The notes under the pieces are model-generated. The model searched no databases. It was not told the DNA's origin and worked only from the letters and a program-made list of their open reading frames with translations. The translations under genes and the position numbers were made by a program. Positions 33,457-42,979 of a DNA stretch of 46,239 nucleotides are shown one piece after another. Source of the stretch: a virus (lineage: Duplodnaviria > Caudoviricetes); IMG/VR virus record IMGVR_UViG_3300014656_000008, positions 1-46,239 of that record; one strand, 5' to 3'. Numbering within the stretch: position 1 is the first letter of the stretch; each line of letters starts with the position of its first letter.

Positions 33457-35886
33457 ATGGCTCAGGCACCTCCGATAGCACCTGAAGAAACGCAAGACTT
33501 GCGCGAGCCTGCGGACAACGAACCCATAGCGCCGCAGTTCGCGGACCCCGAAGCTCTGGAGTTCGACGCCGACGAGCGCGAAGACATAGCGGATATGGTG
33601 CTCCGCGAGTACCGCGATGGCGTCAACGCCCGCAAGACGTGGAACGAGAACCACCTGGTCTACGACCAGATGAAGCGGGGGCAGGTGGACAAGTTCAACC
33701 CCCGGCCCGGTCCTTGGCCCAATAGCGCCCATCTCCACGTCCAGGCACCGTTCTGGCTCGTGGACAGCATCAACGTCAGGTTGGTCAACGGTATCTGGAA
33801 CCAGAATCCGCTGGTCGTCTGCGAGTGGGAAGACCCCGGCGACCAGCCGGTATCCGAAAGAGCGGCACATCGCGTGGAATGGCACCTCCAGCCTAAGCGC
33901 ATGTCCGCTCGTTCTATTTGGGAGCGCATTTCCGACATCCGCTGTATCCACGGTACCGGCAACGGCTACGTGACGTATGCCAAGAGCAAGTACCGCGTTC
34001 CTATCCTCGTTCCCCCCGAAGACCAGACCCCCGTCCTGCAGTTCAACCCCGACGGCACGCCGCAGATAGACGATCTCACCGGCGAGCCTGTCATGATGCC
34101 GCCGGAGTTCGAGCGCATCATAGAGGAGCGGACGCGCTACGACGGGCCTACGATATATCCGCTGGAGTGGGATGACGTAGTTACTGTTTCCGGGTGTATG
34201 AACCTGCAGCCCAACGACGAGCACAACCCCGGGGGTGCGCACCACGTTATCATCCGCGCCGAAGAGTATCTGAACTTTATGCTCAAGAAAGAGCGGCGCG
34301 GCACCTATACGCACATGCTGGACGACGACCACGACGATGTGGAATGGTGGAGATCCCACTATCCGTCGCAGGACGGCTTCGAAGCCGACCCCGAGAACCG
34401 GGAACGTCAAAGGCAGCAGGAGGACTCTGAAGGCATAAACCGCACCCAGGAGATTACCAAGAAGGATGCGCTGTTCGACCCGCGCTATGAAGTGCTGGTG
34501 CGCTTCGGTCCCTATGCGCTGAAGAACGATGACGGGGAAACTGCAGACGAGGAGTGCGTGTTCTTCGTCTGCCGTAGCCCGCGATTGTTCCTCGGCGGCT
34601 TCAGGCTGTCGGACATCGTGTGGACGGGGAAGCGTCCCATAATAGAGCTCCACTACAAGAAGGTGTCGAACCGCTACTACTCTATGGGTGTGATGGAGAT
34701 CGTCAGAAGCCTGTCGGAAGAACTGGATACCATCCATAACATGCGCATCGACGTGGGGTGGGCGACGAACCTGCCGTGGTACTTCTACAAAGAGGCCAGT
34801 ATGTTCAACCCGGCAGAGCATACGCTGCGCCCGATGAAGGGCATTCCCATTGACGACCCCGCTTCCGTCCGGTTCCCGCAGATGCAGAATGTCACCACCT
34901 TCTACCACCAGGAGGAGACGCTGCTGCTGTCTTTGATAGAGAGGGTGATGGGTGTCACCGACTTGTTCCTGGGTGTGTCCCCGACGACGGGGGCTGCGGC
35001 ACGGCACGCCACAGGCTACGTGGGGGCGCAGCAGGAAGGTATGGCGCGGATGTCGGAAGTGCTGGAGTCCGACGCGCAGGCGTTTGCGTTTCTCTGCAGT
35101 CTGGTCTACGACCTGGATATCCAGTACGGCCCCGAGGAGAGGGCTTTTCGTCTCGCCGGCACTTCGGAGACTATCGCCTATGACAAGATGACACGAGACG
35201 ATCTGTGGTTCCAGGGGACGTACGACTTCCGCATTGGCGGCTCCCACGGTGCTTACAGCCAGCACTTGCAGCAGCAGCGGGCGCAGGCCGTTCTTGCCGC
35301 CGCAGCGCAGTCGCCGCTGACGAACCAGAGTTTGGCGAGACGTTGGGAAGTGGAGGCGCAGTACTACCGTGCCGTAGGTCTCAGGACTCATGAGATAGAA
35401 GCCATCATAGGTCCCAAGAACGCCGTACAGCAGTCCGATCCTATGGATCAGGACCGCGAGAACAACATGATGGCGGAGTTCGCCTACGGCTACGGGACGC
35501 CGGCACCGATACATCCCAACGACAATGACCTGGAGCACGTGCGCAAGACCTACGCTTTCTTGGCGTCGGATGCTTTCAACAACATCGGGCGTCCCAACGA
35601 GCCTGCGTTTATGCAGCACGCGATGATGCACCAGCAGCAGCAGCAGATGAAGCAAGCGCAGCAGGCCCAGATGGCGGCAGCCTCACAGGCCGGTCAACCA
35701 CGACCACAGGGCGGACCTCAGGGAGCGATGCCGTCCAACCGGGCTGCTGCGCAAATAGAGAACGTCCCCAGCAACATGGGGGCGACGATGAGCGATATCT
35801 ACGCGGGGCAGACAGGGCAGATTGGCGGTGCCGGTAACGGCCAGGGCGGGCCTCCGCAGTTGCCGTCCTTTCTGAGAGGTGGTTGA
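33457..35886 (+). CDS. Portal protein (podovirus type, Gln-rich C-terminal extension)
   Basis: ~810 aa; PWPNSA, YSMGV..., IERVMGVTD, DNDLEH and poly-Q tail; position between packaging and scaffold genes. Confidence 0.85.
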   Translation: MAQAPPIAPEETQDLREPADNEPIAPQFADPEALEFDADEREDIADMVLREYRDGVNARKTWNENHLVYDQMKRGQVDKFNPRPGPWPNSAHLHVQAPFWLVDSINVRLVNGIWNQNPLVVCEWEDPGDQPVSERAAHRVEWHLQPKRMSARSIWERISDIRCIHGTGNGYVTYAKSKYRVPILVPPEDQTPVLQFNPDGTPQIDDLTGEPVMMPPEFERIIEERTRYDGPTIYPLEWDDVVTVSGCMNLQPNDEHNPGGAHHVIIRAEEYLNFMLKKERRGTYTHMLDDDHDDVEWWRSHYPSQDGFEADPENRERQRQQEDSEGINRTQEITKKDALFDPRYEVLVRFGPYALKNDDGETADEECVFFVCRSPRLFLGGFRLSDIVWTGKRPIIELHYKKVSNRYYSMGVMEIVRSLSEELDTIHNMRIDVGWATNLPWYFYKEASMFNPAEHTLRPMKGIPIDDPASVRFPQMQNVTTFYHQEETLLLSLIERVMGVTDLFLGVSPTTGAAARHATGYVGAQQEGMARMSEVLESDAQAFAFLCSLVYDLDIQYGPEERAFRLAGTSETIAYDKMTRDDLWFQGTYDFRIGGSHGAYSQHLQQQRAQAVLAAAAQSPLTNQSLARRWEVEAQYYRAVGLRTHEIEAIIGPKNAVQQSDPMDQDRENNMMAEFAYGYGTPAPIHPNDNDLEHVRKTYAFLASDAFNNIGRPNEPAFMQHAMMHQQQQQMKQAQQAQMAAASQAGQPRPQGGPQGAMPSNRAAAQIENVPSNMGATMSDIYAGQTGQIGGAGNGQGGPPQLPSFLRGG

Positions 35887-36149
35887 TGCCTACGACGATA
35901 GCGGACAGAGAGCTTTCTGCGATACGGTCGCTGGTGACGAGCAACGGGTGGCTGCTGCAGGGCCACAAGCTTACGGGGTTGCAGACTAAGGCCCTTGCGT
36001 CGCTACTGGTGACGATGGACAACGGCAGTGAGGACCGGCAGACGTGGATCGCCTTCGGTGTCCACAAGGGCATCACGGCTGTCCTCCGCGAACTGGAGAA
36101 GATGAAAGAACATGCCCTTCGTAAACCCGAGTCCGCAGAACAAGGATAG
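35886..36149 (+). CDS. Hypothetical protein (typical post-portal small gene)
   Basis: LVTSNGW...KGI pattern; coupled to the portal stop. Confidence 0.6.
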   Translation: MPTTIADRELSAIRSLVTSNGWLLQGHKLTGLQTKALASLLVTMDNGSEDRQTWIAFGVHKGITAVLRELEKMKEHALRKPESAEQG

Positions 36150-36318
36150 CATCGCCCGCAACCTGATAGGCAAGGGTACGTATCTGATAGCCCACCTTCC
36201 GGGCAACGGCAGTTCTATGGTGATCCACCGGGGGTTGTCGCGCAAGCACTTGCGCTTTCTCGCGGAGTGGTGCGAGGCGGAGATGAAGAAGAGGGGGGAG
36301 TTCGGCGATGCCGGTTAA
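36112..36318 (+). CDS. Hypothetical protein
   Basis: 68-aa ORF in the operon. Confidence 0.45.
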   Translation: MPFVNPSPQNKDSIARNLIGKGTYLIAHLPGNGSSMVIHRGLSRKHLRFLAEWCEAEMKKRGEFGDAG

Positions 36319-36475
36319 ACTGGAACGCGAGCTTAAAGCCCGCGCCGGGAAGATGAAGCGAGCGGGTAAGCGCGTTGACGAAGACGCCTATGTGTACGGC
36401 ACCCTTCGCAAGACGGGATGGAAGCCGGAGCGGGAGAAGAACAGCCACCCCCGCAAGAGTAGACGCGGGAGGTAA
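36308..36475 (+). CDS. Small very basic protein (55 aa, not in the ORF track)
   Basis: MPVKLERELKARAGK...AYVYGTLRKTGWKP...RRGR; GGGGAG RBS. Confidence 0.65.
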   Translation: MPVKLERELKARAGKMKRAGKRVDEDAYVYGTLRKTGWKPEREKNSHPRKSRRGR

Positions 36476-36498
36476 CTCACAATGAAGGAGGTGTAGAG

Positions 36499-36615
36499 AT
36501 GCCAAAGGGATCGGCGAAGTGCCCGGGGAGTCCCGGCAAGCCCAACAAGGGCGGCAGCGGTACTCCGAAGAAGTCCGGTGGCAAGGGCGGCAAGCCCTCA
36601 AGACAGAAGTACTAA
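36499..36615 (+). CDS. 38-aa Lys/Gly/Pro-rich peptide (not in the ORF track)
   Basis: AAGGAGGT RBS; MPKGSAKCPGSPGKPNKGGSGTPKKSGGKGGKPSRQKY. Confidence 0.6.
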   Translation: MPKGSAKCPGSPGKPNKGGSGTPKKSGGKGGKPSRQKY

Positions 36616-36629
36616 CAACGGAGTTGTAG

Positions 36630-37625
36630 ATGCCAGAAGAGACTGCGGGCGGTAAAGATAGGGCAGAGCAGACTGTCCAGGCACCGACGCCGGGTGCCGC
36701 AACCAAAACCACCGGTTCTCCTCAGTCAGACCCGTCCGCTGGCGCGGCAGTCCAGCCGGTAGGAGACGGTGAGCGTGAGAAGTGGATACCACGTGAACGC
36801 TTCGATGAGGTGAACACCAAAGCGCAGCAGGCCGAAGCGAGGCTATCGCAGCAGCAAACACAGATTGTGCAGATGGGGCAGGCGATCCAGAACTTGAGTT
36901 CGAGGTTGAATCGTCCCGAGCCCCAACCTTCAGGGCCGACGGAAGATCCTCTCGAAGCCCTGAGACCCGCCTATGGTTCCGAAGAAGAAGGGGGAACGAA
37001 GGTATTCGAGACGGTAACGAAGACAGCGCGTATCATCGCCGAGCAGCAGGATAAGGCTCTCGAAGCGAGGCTGGAGCAGAGGCTGGAGCAGATCATCAAC
37101 CAGCGTGTCGGCGGGGTCACGGCGACACTCACCGTCAACAACGACATCGTGCAGATGCAGCAGAAAGGACTCCTCAGTCAGCAGGAAGCTAATACGCTCG
37201 CATCTCGTGTGGCGGCAACGGTGCAGGAGAATCCCGATTGGCAGCCGCATCAGCAGTTGCTGCTGTCGGATTACTACCGCCGTATGCAACTCGCCGGTGA
37301 GATCAAAGGAACCCAGCCGATGGTACAGCCCAAGGGGACGAAACCTCCGATGATGGCTGCCGGTGGCGGCGGTGGCAACAGGTCTATGCCTTCCCAGCAG
37401 GCGGATTCCAAGGCGGCGATGATGGAGGAAGTGCGGCAGATCAAGCGGATGTTCCGCAACACCTTCGGTGCTATGTCTGACGAGGATGTGGCGAAGTACT
37501 ACATCCCGCCTACCGATGGTGTGGGTGTTGCCACCACAAAGGATGGGGCATTCCAGCTTCCTGCGGATGTGGCGGGCAACGTAGGTGACGCCAAGATCGT
37601 CTACCAGCATACGAGAGAGAGGTGA
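36630..37625 (+). CDS. Capsid scaffolding protein
   Basis: Disordered N-terminus, IPRERFDEVN motif, coiled coils; upstream of the capsid genes. Confidence 0.75.
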   Translation: MPEETAGGKDRAEQTVQAPTPGAATKTTGSPQSDPSAGAAVQPVGDGEREKWIPRERFDEVNTKAQQAEARLSQQQTQIVQMGQAIQNLSSRLNRPEPQPSGPTEDPLEALRPAYGSEEEGGTKVFETVTKTARIIAEQQDKALEARLEQRLEQIINQRVGGVTATLTVNNDIVQMQQKGLLSQQEANTLASRVAATVQENPDWQPHQQLLLSDYYRRMQLAGEIKGTQPMVQPKGTKPPMMAAGGGGGNRSMPSQQADSKAAMMEEVRQIKRMFRNTFGAMSDEDVAKYYIPPTDGVGVATTKDGAFQLPADVAGNVGDAKIVYQHTRER

Positions 37626-37633
37626 GATCCGAT

Positions 37634-38491
37634 ATGGCAGAGCCAGGAAAGCGTGGGCCGGGACGCCCCCGCAAAGACGAAGCCGTCAGCGAAACCGCGC
37701 AGGAAGCGCGGGATGTCGCCGACGCCAAGGCGGATCTCGCCGAGACTTTCGTGCCGGAGATGTCGCTGCTGGATAAGGCGGCGGAATTCGTTTACCGGAA
37801 GTCGCCGGATCGGCAGACGTGTCCGCTGTGCGCGGGCAGATACGGTGTTGGGGAAGAGACGCTGGCGTTGATGACGCACCTGAAGCAGACGGAGAAACAC
37901 CGGGATGCGATGTTCGCGTGGTTCTTGCAGCCCGAACTCGGTCCTAATGCGTGGGCTATCATCAGCAAGCAGAAGTCTCAGGACGAGGCCTACGACCCCG
38001 AGGACCCGGAGCTCGAAATCATCGAAGACAACCTGAATCCCAACTTTCTTTCCATCCCGCACAGCACCAAGAAGAAGCTGGATCTCGGTGCCCGTGTGGG
38101 GCGGTGGATAGCGCCCGGCAACGTGCGCAAGCGGATGTCACAGGGCTATGTTTTCGAGGCTAGGCCGGAGAACGAGTCTTTGGACTGGCAGCACGATCAT
38201 ACGGGGACGCAGATGCGGGCCAACGAACTGGTCTATATGACGGTTCCGCGCAAGCTCCACGAGAAGCGAAAGCGGCTGAAGGAACAGCGCAACCAGGACA
38301 TCTATGACCGCCTGCCGGCGTCCATCGAGCAGAAGAGCCAGAAGCTCACGGACGTGGGGCAGGAGACGTATGACGCCTATGCACGTATGGGTGTGCCGCA
38401 CGAGGCGGCGATGAAGCTGGCAAACCGGGCGGAAAAGGAGGGGCACGTGATTCGGCCCCGTTCCGAGAACGCCGTAATTCATCAGCGGTAG
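37634..38491 (+). CDS. Head-module protein with an N-terminal AT-hook-like motif
   Basis: KRGPGRPRK; CPLC...H...H possible Zn finger; RWI...GY...LVYM segment. Confidence 0.6.
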   Translation: MAEPGKRGPGRPRKDEAVSETAQEARDVADAKADLAETFVPEMSLLDKAAEFVYRKSPDRQTCPLCAGRYGVGEETLALMTHLKQTEKHRDAMFAWFLQPELGPNAWAIISKQKSQDEAYDPEDPELEIIEDNLNPNFLSIPHSTKKKLDLGARVGRWIAPGNVRKRMSQGYVFEARPENESLDWQHDHTGTQMRANELVYMTVPRKLHEKRKRLKEQRNQDIYDRLPASIEQKSQKLTDVGQETYDAYARMGVPHEAAMKLANRAEKEGHVIRPRSENAVIHQR

Positions 38492-38504
38492 GAGGTGACA
38501 TCAA

Positions 38505-39005
38505 GTGGCAAACATCGACAACCCTCATGGGTTCAATCCGTGTGCTCCCATTCTGGGTGCTTCGAAGAAAGAAGTGGCAGCGGCAAATTCCACCGCCATC
38601 TTCATCGGGGACCTGGTGAGCATGGTAAACACGGGCACAGTCAAATCGACAGCGGCGGGTGATGCCGTCATCGTTGGCGCGACGGAGGACTACCTTGCGA
38701 CTTTGACAGCCGGCGAGGTCGTGGTGTACGGTGCGCCGGATCAGGACTTCATCGGACAGGATGATGCTTCCGGCACTCCGGATCAGTCGGATATCGGCAA
38801 CAACTGCGATATGGTAGCGGGGACAGGGAGTGCGGTGACGCTCATCTCCGCACACGAAATCGGGCACTCCACGCTCACCACAGGTTCTGCGAATCTGCAT
38901 CTGTGCGAGATCATGGAAGGCCCGGATCTGGAGATCGGCGACTGGGGGGAATGGCGTGTGCGGATCATGGAGCATCTGATGAGGACCGGCAAAGCCGGTG
39001 TCTAA
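38505..39005 (+). CDS. Capsid decoration/cementing protein
   Basis: MANIDNPHGFNP...IFIGDLV; directly upstream of the major capsid gene. Confidence 0.65.
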   Translation: MANIDNPHGFNPCAPILGASKKEVAAANSTAIFIGDLVSMVNTGTVKSTAAGDAVIVGATEDYLATLTAGEVVVYGAPDQDFIGQDDASGTPDQSDIGNNCDMVAGTGSAVTLISAHEIGHSTLTTGSANLHLCEIMEGPDLEIGDWGEWRVRIMEHLMRTGKAGV

Positions 39006-39081
39006 CTGAGCCCATCCGGGTTGGTTGGGACATTCCATAGCCCCGACCTCCCGGTTCAAGGCCATCAGGAGGTGACAACGA

Positions 39082-39993
39082 ATGGCAACAGTGGCACGAA
39101 CCAGCGCGTTCCCGAATAGTACGCTGACGCGGGGAATCCACACGATCATCGGATTCAACTTCACGTCTCGGGAGCCGGTGTGCGAAAAGTTGGCAAACGT
39201 ACGCGACTCTACGGCGGTTCGGGAGCAGGAGTTGACGATGGGCGGTGCCGGTCTCTTCTGGGAGAAGGACGAAGGGACCGAGATCGACTATACGTCATTC
39301 AATGAGGGGTTTCTGAAGAACTACACCTACGTCGAGTATGCCCGAGGTTTCCGCATCACCCGACGTATGTACATCAACGACCTGTATCAGACGATGGAGC
39401 AGCATCCTGCGGAACTCGGAAGGATGGCAATGGCGACACGCGAGACCGTGGCAGCGGGGCCTTTCAACAACGGCTTCGCCACCGAGACCACGGCAGACGG
39501 GCAAACTGTCTTCGCCATCACGCACGTCCGCGAGGACGGTGTTGTCTACCGCAACGAGTTCGCCAGCGGTTCCGAAGCCGATCTTTCCAGGACTTCCCTG
39601 GAAGCGGGGCTGATCGACTTCCGCGACTTCCGCTCCGGCGGTAGTCTGCGGTTGCAGCTCGAGCCCAAGACGCTTCTCACCGCTGACAACAGTATCTTCG
39701 AGGGGTGGCGCATTCTGGAGTCCACCCACGAACCGGAGACGGATGTCAATGCCATCAACCCTGTGTCGCAGATGGGGCTGGCGCACCAGACGTGGAGCTA
39801 TCTCACCGATAGCGATGCGTGGTTCCTGCTTGCGGCAAAGGGAACACACAGCTACAACATCTTCGACAGGGAGAACTTCTGGAGCGATCACATCATCGAC
39901 TTCGACACGATGGATGTGAAGTACTCGGGGCTTATGGCCTTCAGTGTGGGGGTCACTGACCCGAGGGGCGTGTTCGGAAGTCCGGGTATCTAG
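39082..39993 (+). CDS. Major capsid protein (HK97 fold, Mu gpT-like)
   Basis: KDEG..I, YARGFRITR, DGQTVF..H, YLTDSDAWFL, DPRGVFGS; AGGAGGT RBS. Confidence 0.85.
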   Translation: MATVARTSAFPNSTLTRGIHTIIGFNFTSREPVCEKLANVRDSTAVREQELTMGGAGLFWEKDEGTEIDYTSFNEGFLKNYTYVEYARGFRITRRMYINDLYQTMEQHPAELGRMAMATRETVAAGPFNNGFATETTADGQTVFAITHVREDGVVYRNEFASGSEADLSRTSLEAGLIDFRDFRSGGSLRLQLEPKTLLTADNSIFEGWRILESTHEPETDVNAINPVSQMGLAHQTWSYLTDSDAWFLLAAKGTHSYNIFDRENFWSDHIIDFDTMDVKYSGLMAFSVGVTDPRGVFGSPGI

Positions 39994-40093
39994 TACACAG
40001 TGTAAATCCCGACGTGGGGAGATACCACGTAGCGGCAAGGGAGGGGGGAGTAGGCATCCCGCCCAAACCCCCATCACTTTCAAAGAGGATGAC

Positions 40094-41098
40094 ATGGCGA
40101 ATCTCGCAACAGTAAACGGTCGCTGGGTGAATCTCGAAAAGCCCGGCGGCGCGGTTTTCTTCGTTGGTGGGGGCACCGTAGCCTATCTGGGTAGGGGCGC
40201 TTCCGACAGCAACAAGGGCACCACACCGCAGGAGCCGTTCGCTACCATTGACGGCACTGCCGGTGCTCACGCGTCGTGTGTGGCGGATCGCGGGGATACC
40301 ATCGTGATGCTCCCCGGCACCGTCACCATCACCGCCGCCATCGCGTTGGATTTGGCGGATGTGACACTCACGGGTTATACGGTCACGGGGCCGAACATAC
40401 GCAACCCGTCGGTTGTCACGTGCGCCACGGACTCCGTGTCTATGATCGAGGTAGACGCCGCGAACGTGAACGTCGAGAACCTGACGATTACCAATACGGC
40501 GACCACGGCTGACGTGTTCCTGATCGACGTGGGTGACACCACGGCATCTCCGGGGGCGATCCTGCGCAATCTGTATGTGGACTGCGAAGGTGGTGCGAAT
40601 ACCGTCAATGCCATCCGCATTGGTGACGGGACGGTGGTATCCGACTATTGCACCATTGAGGGTTGTACGATCTACGATCTGGACGATATCGGTATCACCG
40701 TTGCCGATGCTTCGGAAGGATGCATAATCCGCAACTGCCGCATCTTTGATAGGGCGTCTGCGAATGTGGCTTTGACAGGTATAACCATCAAGGCTGACAA
40801 CACGATGGTAGACAACTGTGTTGTCAAGATCGACGGTACCTGTATCGAAGTGGAAGCGGGAGCGACGGATACGCAGATCACCAATACGCACCTCTATTCG
40901 TTCGCCGCTGCAGGTCACTGCCTCCATATCACAGCCACCGGGTCGGTGTGCGCTAGCAACATCTTCTGCACGGCGGAACTGGCGGAATATGCCGTGGACT
41001 TCCAGACGGCGGTGACGGGGCTTTCCGGTATCATTGGTTATACTTCCGCACCTGCTGACGGGTCGATCTCCGAACTGATCAACCCGAACATCGCGTAA
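40094..41098 (+). CDS. Pectin-lyase-like parallel beta-helix virion protein 1
   Basis: SDSNKGTTPQEPFATI...GDTIVMLPG; repeated IEGCTI/IRNCRI/VDNCVV strands. Confidence 0.75.
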   Translation: MANLATVNGRWVNLEKPGGAVFFVGGGTVAYLGRGASDSNKGTTPQEPFATIDGTAGAHASCVADRGDTIVMLPGTVTITAAIALDLADVTLTGYTVTGPNIRNPSVVTCATDSVSMIEVDAANVNVENLTITNTATTADVFLIDVGDTTASPGAILRNLYVDCEGGANTVNAIRIGDGTVVSDYCTIEGCTIYDLDDIGITVADASEGCIIRNCRIFDRASANVALTGITIKADNTMVDNCVVKIDGTCIEVEAGATDTQITNTHLYSFAAAGHCLHITATGSVCASNIFCTAELAEYAVDFQTAVTGLSGIIGYTSAPADGSISELINPNIA

Positions 41099-41193
41099 GA
41101 AAGTAGCAGCTACGCCCGGGGCACCCATAAGACCCCGGCTCCGTGGCGGGTTAGTAGCTTCGGCCAAAGCCCACTTTCACAAGGAGAAGGACA

Positions 41194-42252
41194 ATGGCAC
41201 GACGCAAGAACGTCTCCTACTTCCTGAACCTGCAGGGGGGGTTCAGTGGAGTCAATAACCCCGGTGGTGCCGTCTACTGGGTCGGCGCTTCCGGCTATGC
41301 CGCATACGACGGTTCCAGCCCCTCCGATGCCAACGACGGGCTGTCGCCGCAGGAACCCTTCGCTACAATCCAGGCGGCGCTCAACGCTTGCACCTCGGGG
41401 CGTGGGGACATCGTGATGGTGCTGCCAGGCACCTACACGGTGACGGCGGCGATCACGATGAGCAAGGATGATGTGACGCTGGCGTCTGCGTTGCCGGTAG
41501 GACGGCGGGAGCGAAGCCAAGTCATCATCGCCAATTCCACCGATGTCAACACGCTTATTATCACCGGCAACGATTGCAAGGTGATAGGTATCGGTTTCGA
41601 TGATGACGTGGCGACGGCGACAGCGGCGACGGCGGCGGTTTGCATTGGCAACATCGCCTCGTCTGCGGTCACGGTGTCCAACACCATCATCAGGAACTGC
41701 TACATCGACATGTTGGGATCGGACGCGGACCGTGACGGCATCTGCGTGGGTCTGACGGCTGACGCGTCCGACGGTGGGCCGCACACGCTGATCGAGGGCT
41801 GTACCATTCTCGATCCCGACAACTGCGGCGTCATCATCAACGTCGGATCGCCATACACGGTGGTCCGCGACTGCCACATCTATGATCTCGTCAACCTGTG
41901 TCTGTATGGCGTCGAGGTGCTGGCGGTTTCCTGTACCGTTGAGCACTGCGATATCCTGGTGTCGGCAACAACTGGACCTGGGGCGTGCATCCACAATGGC
42001 GTGGCGGCTGCAAGGCTTCTCGCCGTCAACAACACGCTCCACGCCTGGGGTGCGGACACTACGGCGATTCTGGTTATCAACACTGCCACGCAGCGCACGG
42101 CAAACAACTGGATCACGGCAACAGCGACGAAGAACTCCGTGGATTATCTCACGGCCTGCACCTCGCCGTCGGCGGACGTCAACTGGTATGCGTTCTACGC
42201 CGCAGATCCAGCAGGGACGGATGCTACGGAGGTCAGCGTCGCTGGCGCTTAA
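41194..42252 (+). CDS. Pectin-lyase-like parallel beta-helix virion protein 2 (paralogue)
   Basis: SDANDGLSPQEPFATIQAA...GDIVMVLPGTY; beta-helix repeats. Confidence 0.75.
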   Translation: MARRKNVSYFLNLQGGFSGVNNPGGAVYWVGASGYAAYDGSSPSDANDGLSPQEPFATIQAALNACTSGRGDIVMVLPGTYTVTAAITMSKDDVTLASALPVGRRERSQVIIANSTDVNTLIITGNDCKVIGIGFDDDVATATAATAAVCIGNIASSAVTVSNTIIRNCYIDMLGSDADRDGICVGLTADASDGGPHTLIEGCTILDPDNCGVIINVGSPYTVVRDCHIYDLVNLCLYGVEVLAVSCTVEHCDILVSATTGPGACIHNGVAAARLLAVNNTLHAWGADTTAILVINTATQRTANNWITATATKNSVDYLTACTSPSADVNWYAFYAADPAGTDATEVSVAGA

Positions 42253-42264
42253 CGGAGGGAAAAC

Positions 42265-42495
42265 ATGCTGTCACGACGAGCGGCAGAATACGTACTCCAC
42301 CAGCATCTCTCTTCGGGGACGCCGCTGGAGGATGTTGTCGCCAAGTGGACACGCACCTATCCCGACGATCCTGTCATTGTTGTGGAGGCGGAGGCTTATA
42401 TCAAAGAGTACCTCCGTCTCTACAACGATGGTGTCGGCGCCTTTGCTGCGAGTCAGCAGGTGTTTGACAACCGTGGTCGTAAAGAGGGCTATTAA
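42265..42495 (+). CDS. Hypothetical protein
   Basis: GGAGG RBS. Confidence 0.55.
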   Translation: MLSRRAAEYVLHQHLSSGTPLEDVVAKWTRTYPDDPVIVVEAEAYIKEYLRLYNDGVGAFAASQQVFDNRGRKEGY

Positions 42496-42517
42496 GAAGG
42501 CCAAGAAAGGATAGACT

Positions 42518-42967
42518 ATGCCTACTCCCGATCCTGATGTGGAGAATGTGCCCGTAGGCAATGTGGGTTCGGCGACACTCCACTGCAACTGGACATCTGC
42601 GGAGAACGACGATCTCACAGACTTCGTATTCCTGGACACCGAGGATGCGAAGTACTACGACAACCCGCGCTACGCCATCAAGACGCTGGACTGGACGTGT
42701 TCCTCGTCGGTGCAGGTGGTGGTGGAATTCGAGTCCCTGGGGAGCCGTCGGGTGATTCACGCCATCCCTGAGGAAGCCACCAGCGGTAGTGTGGACTTCT
42801 CTGACGAACCCAGCGGGTGCATCTCCGATCCGTTCAGGGAGGTGCCCAGCAACGTTGTTGTCACTACCACTGGGGCGTTGCCCGGAGATCGGCTGTTCCT
42901 GCGCACCACCTACAAGATCAAGGGCAAAGTCCCCGCAATGGGGGTGCTCACTCGCGGCACAGGCTGA
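42518..42967 (+). CDS. Hypothetical virion protein
   Basis: Acidic, beta-rich; in the structural operon. Confidence 0.55.
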   Translation: MPTPDPDVENVPVGNVGSATLHCNWTSAENDDLTDFVFLDTEDAKYYDNPRYAIKTLDWTCSSSVQVVVEFESLGSRRVIHAIPEEATSGSVDFSDEPSGCISDPFREVPSNVVVTTTGALPGDRLFLRTTYKIKGKVPAMGVLTRGTG

Positions 42968-42979
42968 TAGGAGGGACAG

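Noticed and set aside
33424-35655. Long antisense ORFs (743 aa here; also 109-1104, 39953-41167, 41110-42042)
   Set aside because: Shadow frames of GC-rich genes on the opposite strand; no RBS or recognisable motifs.
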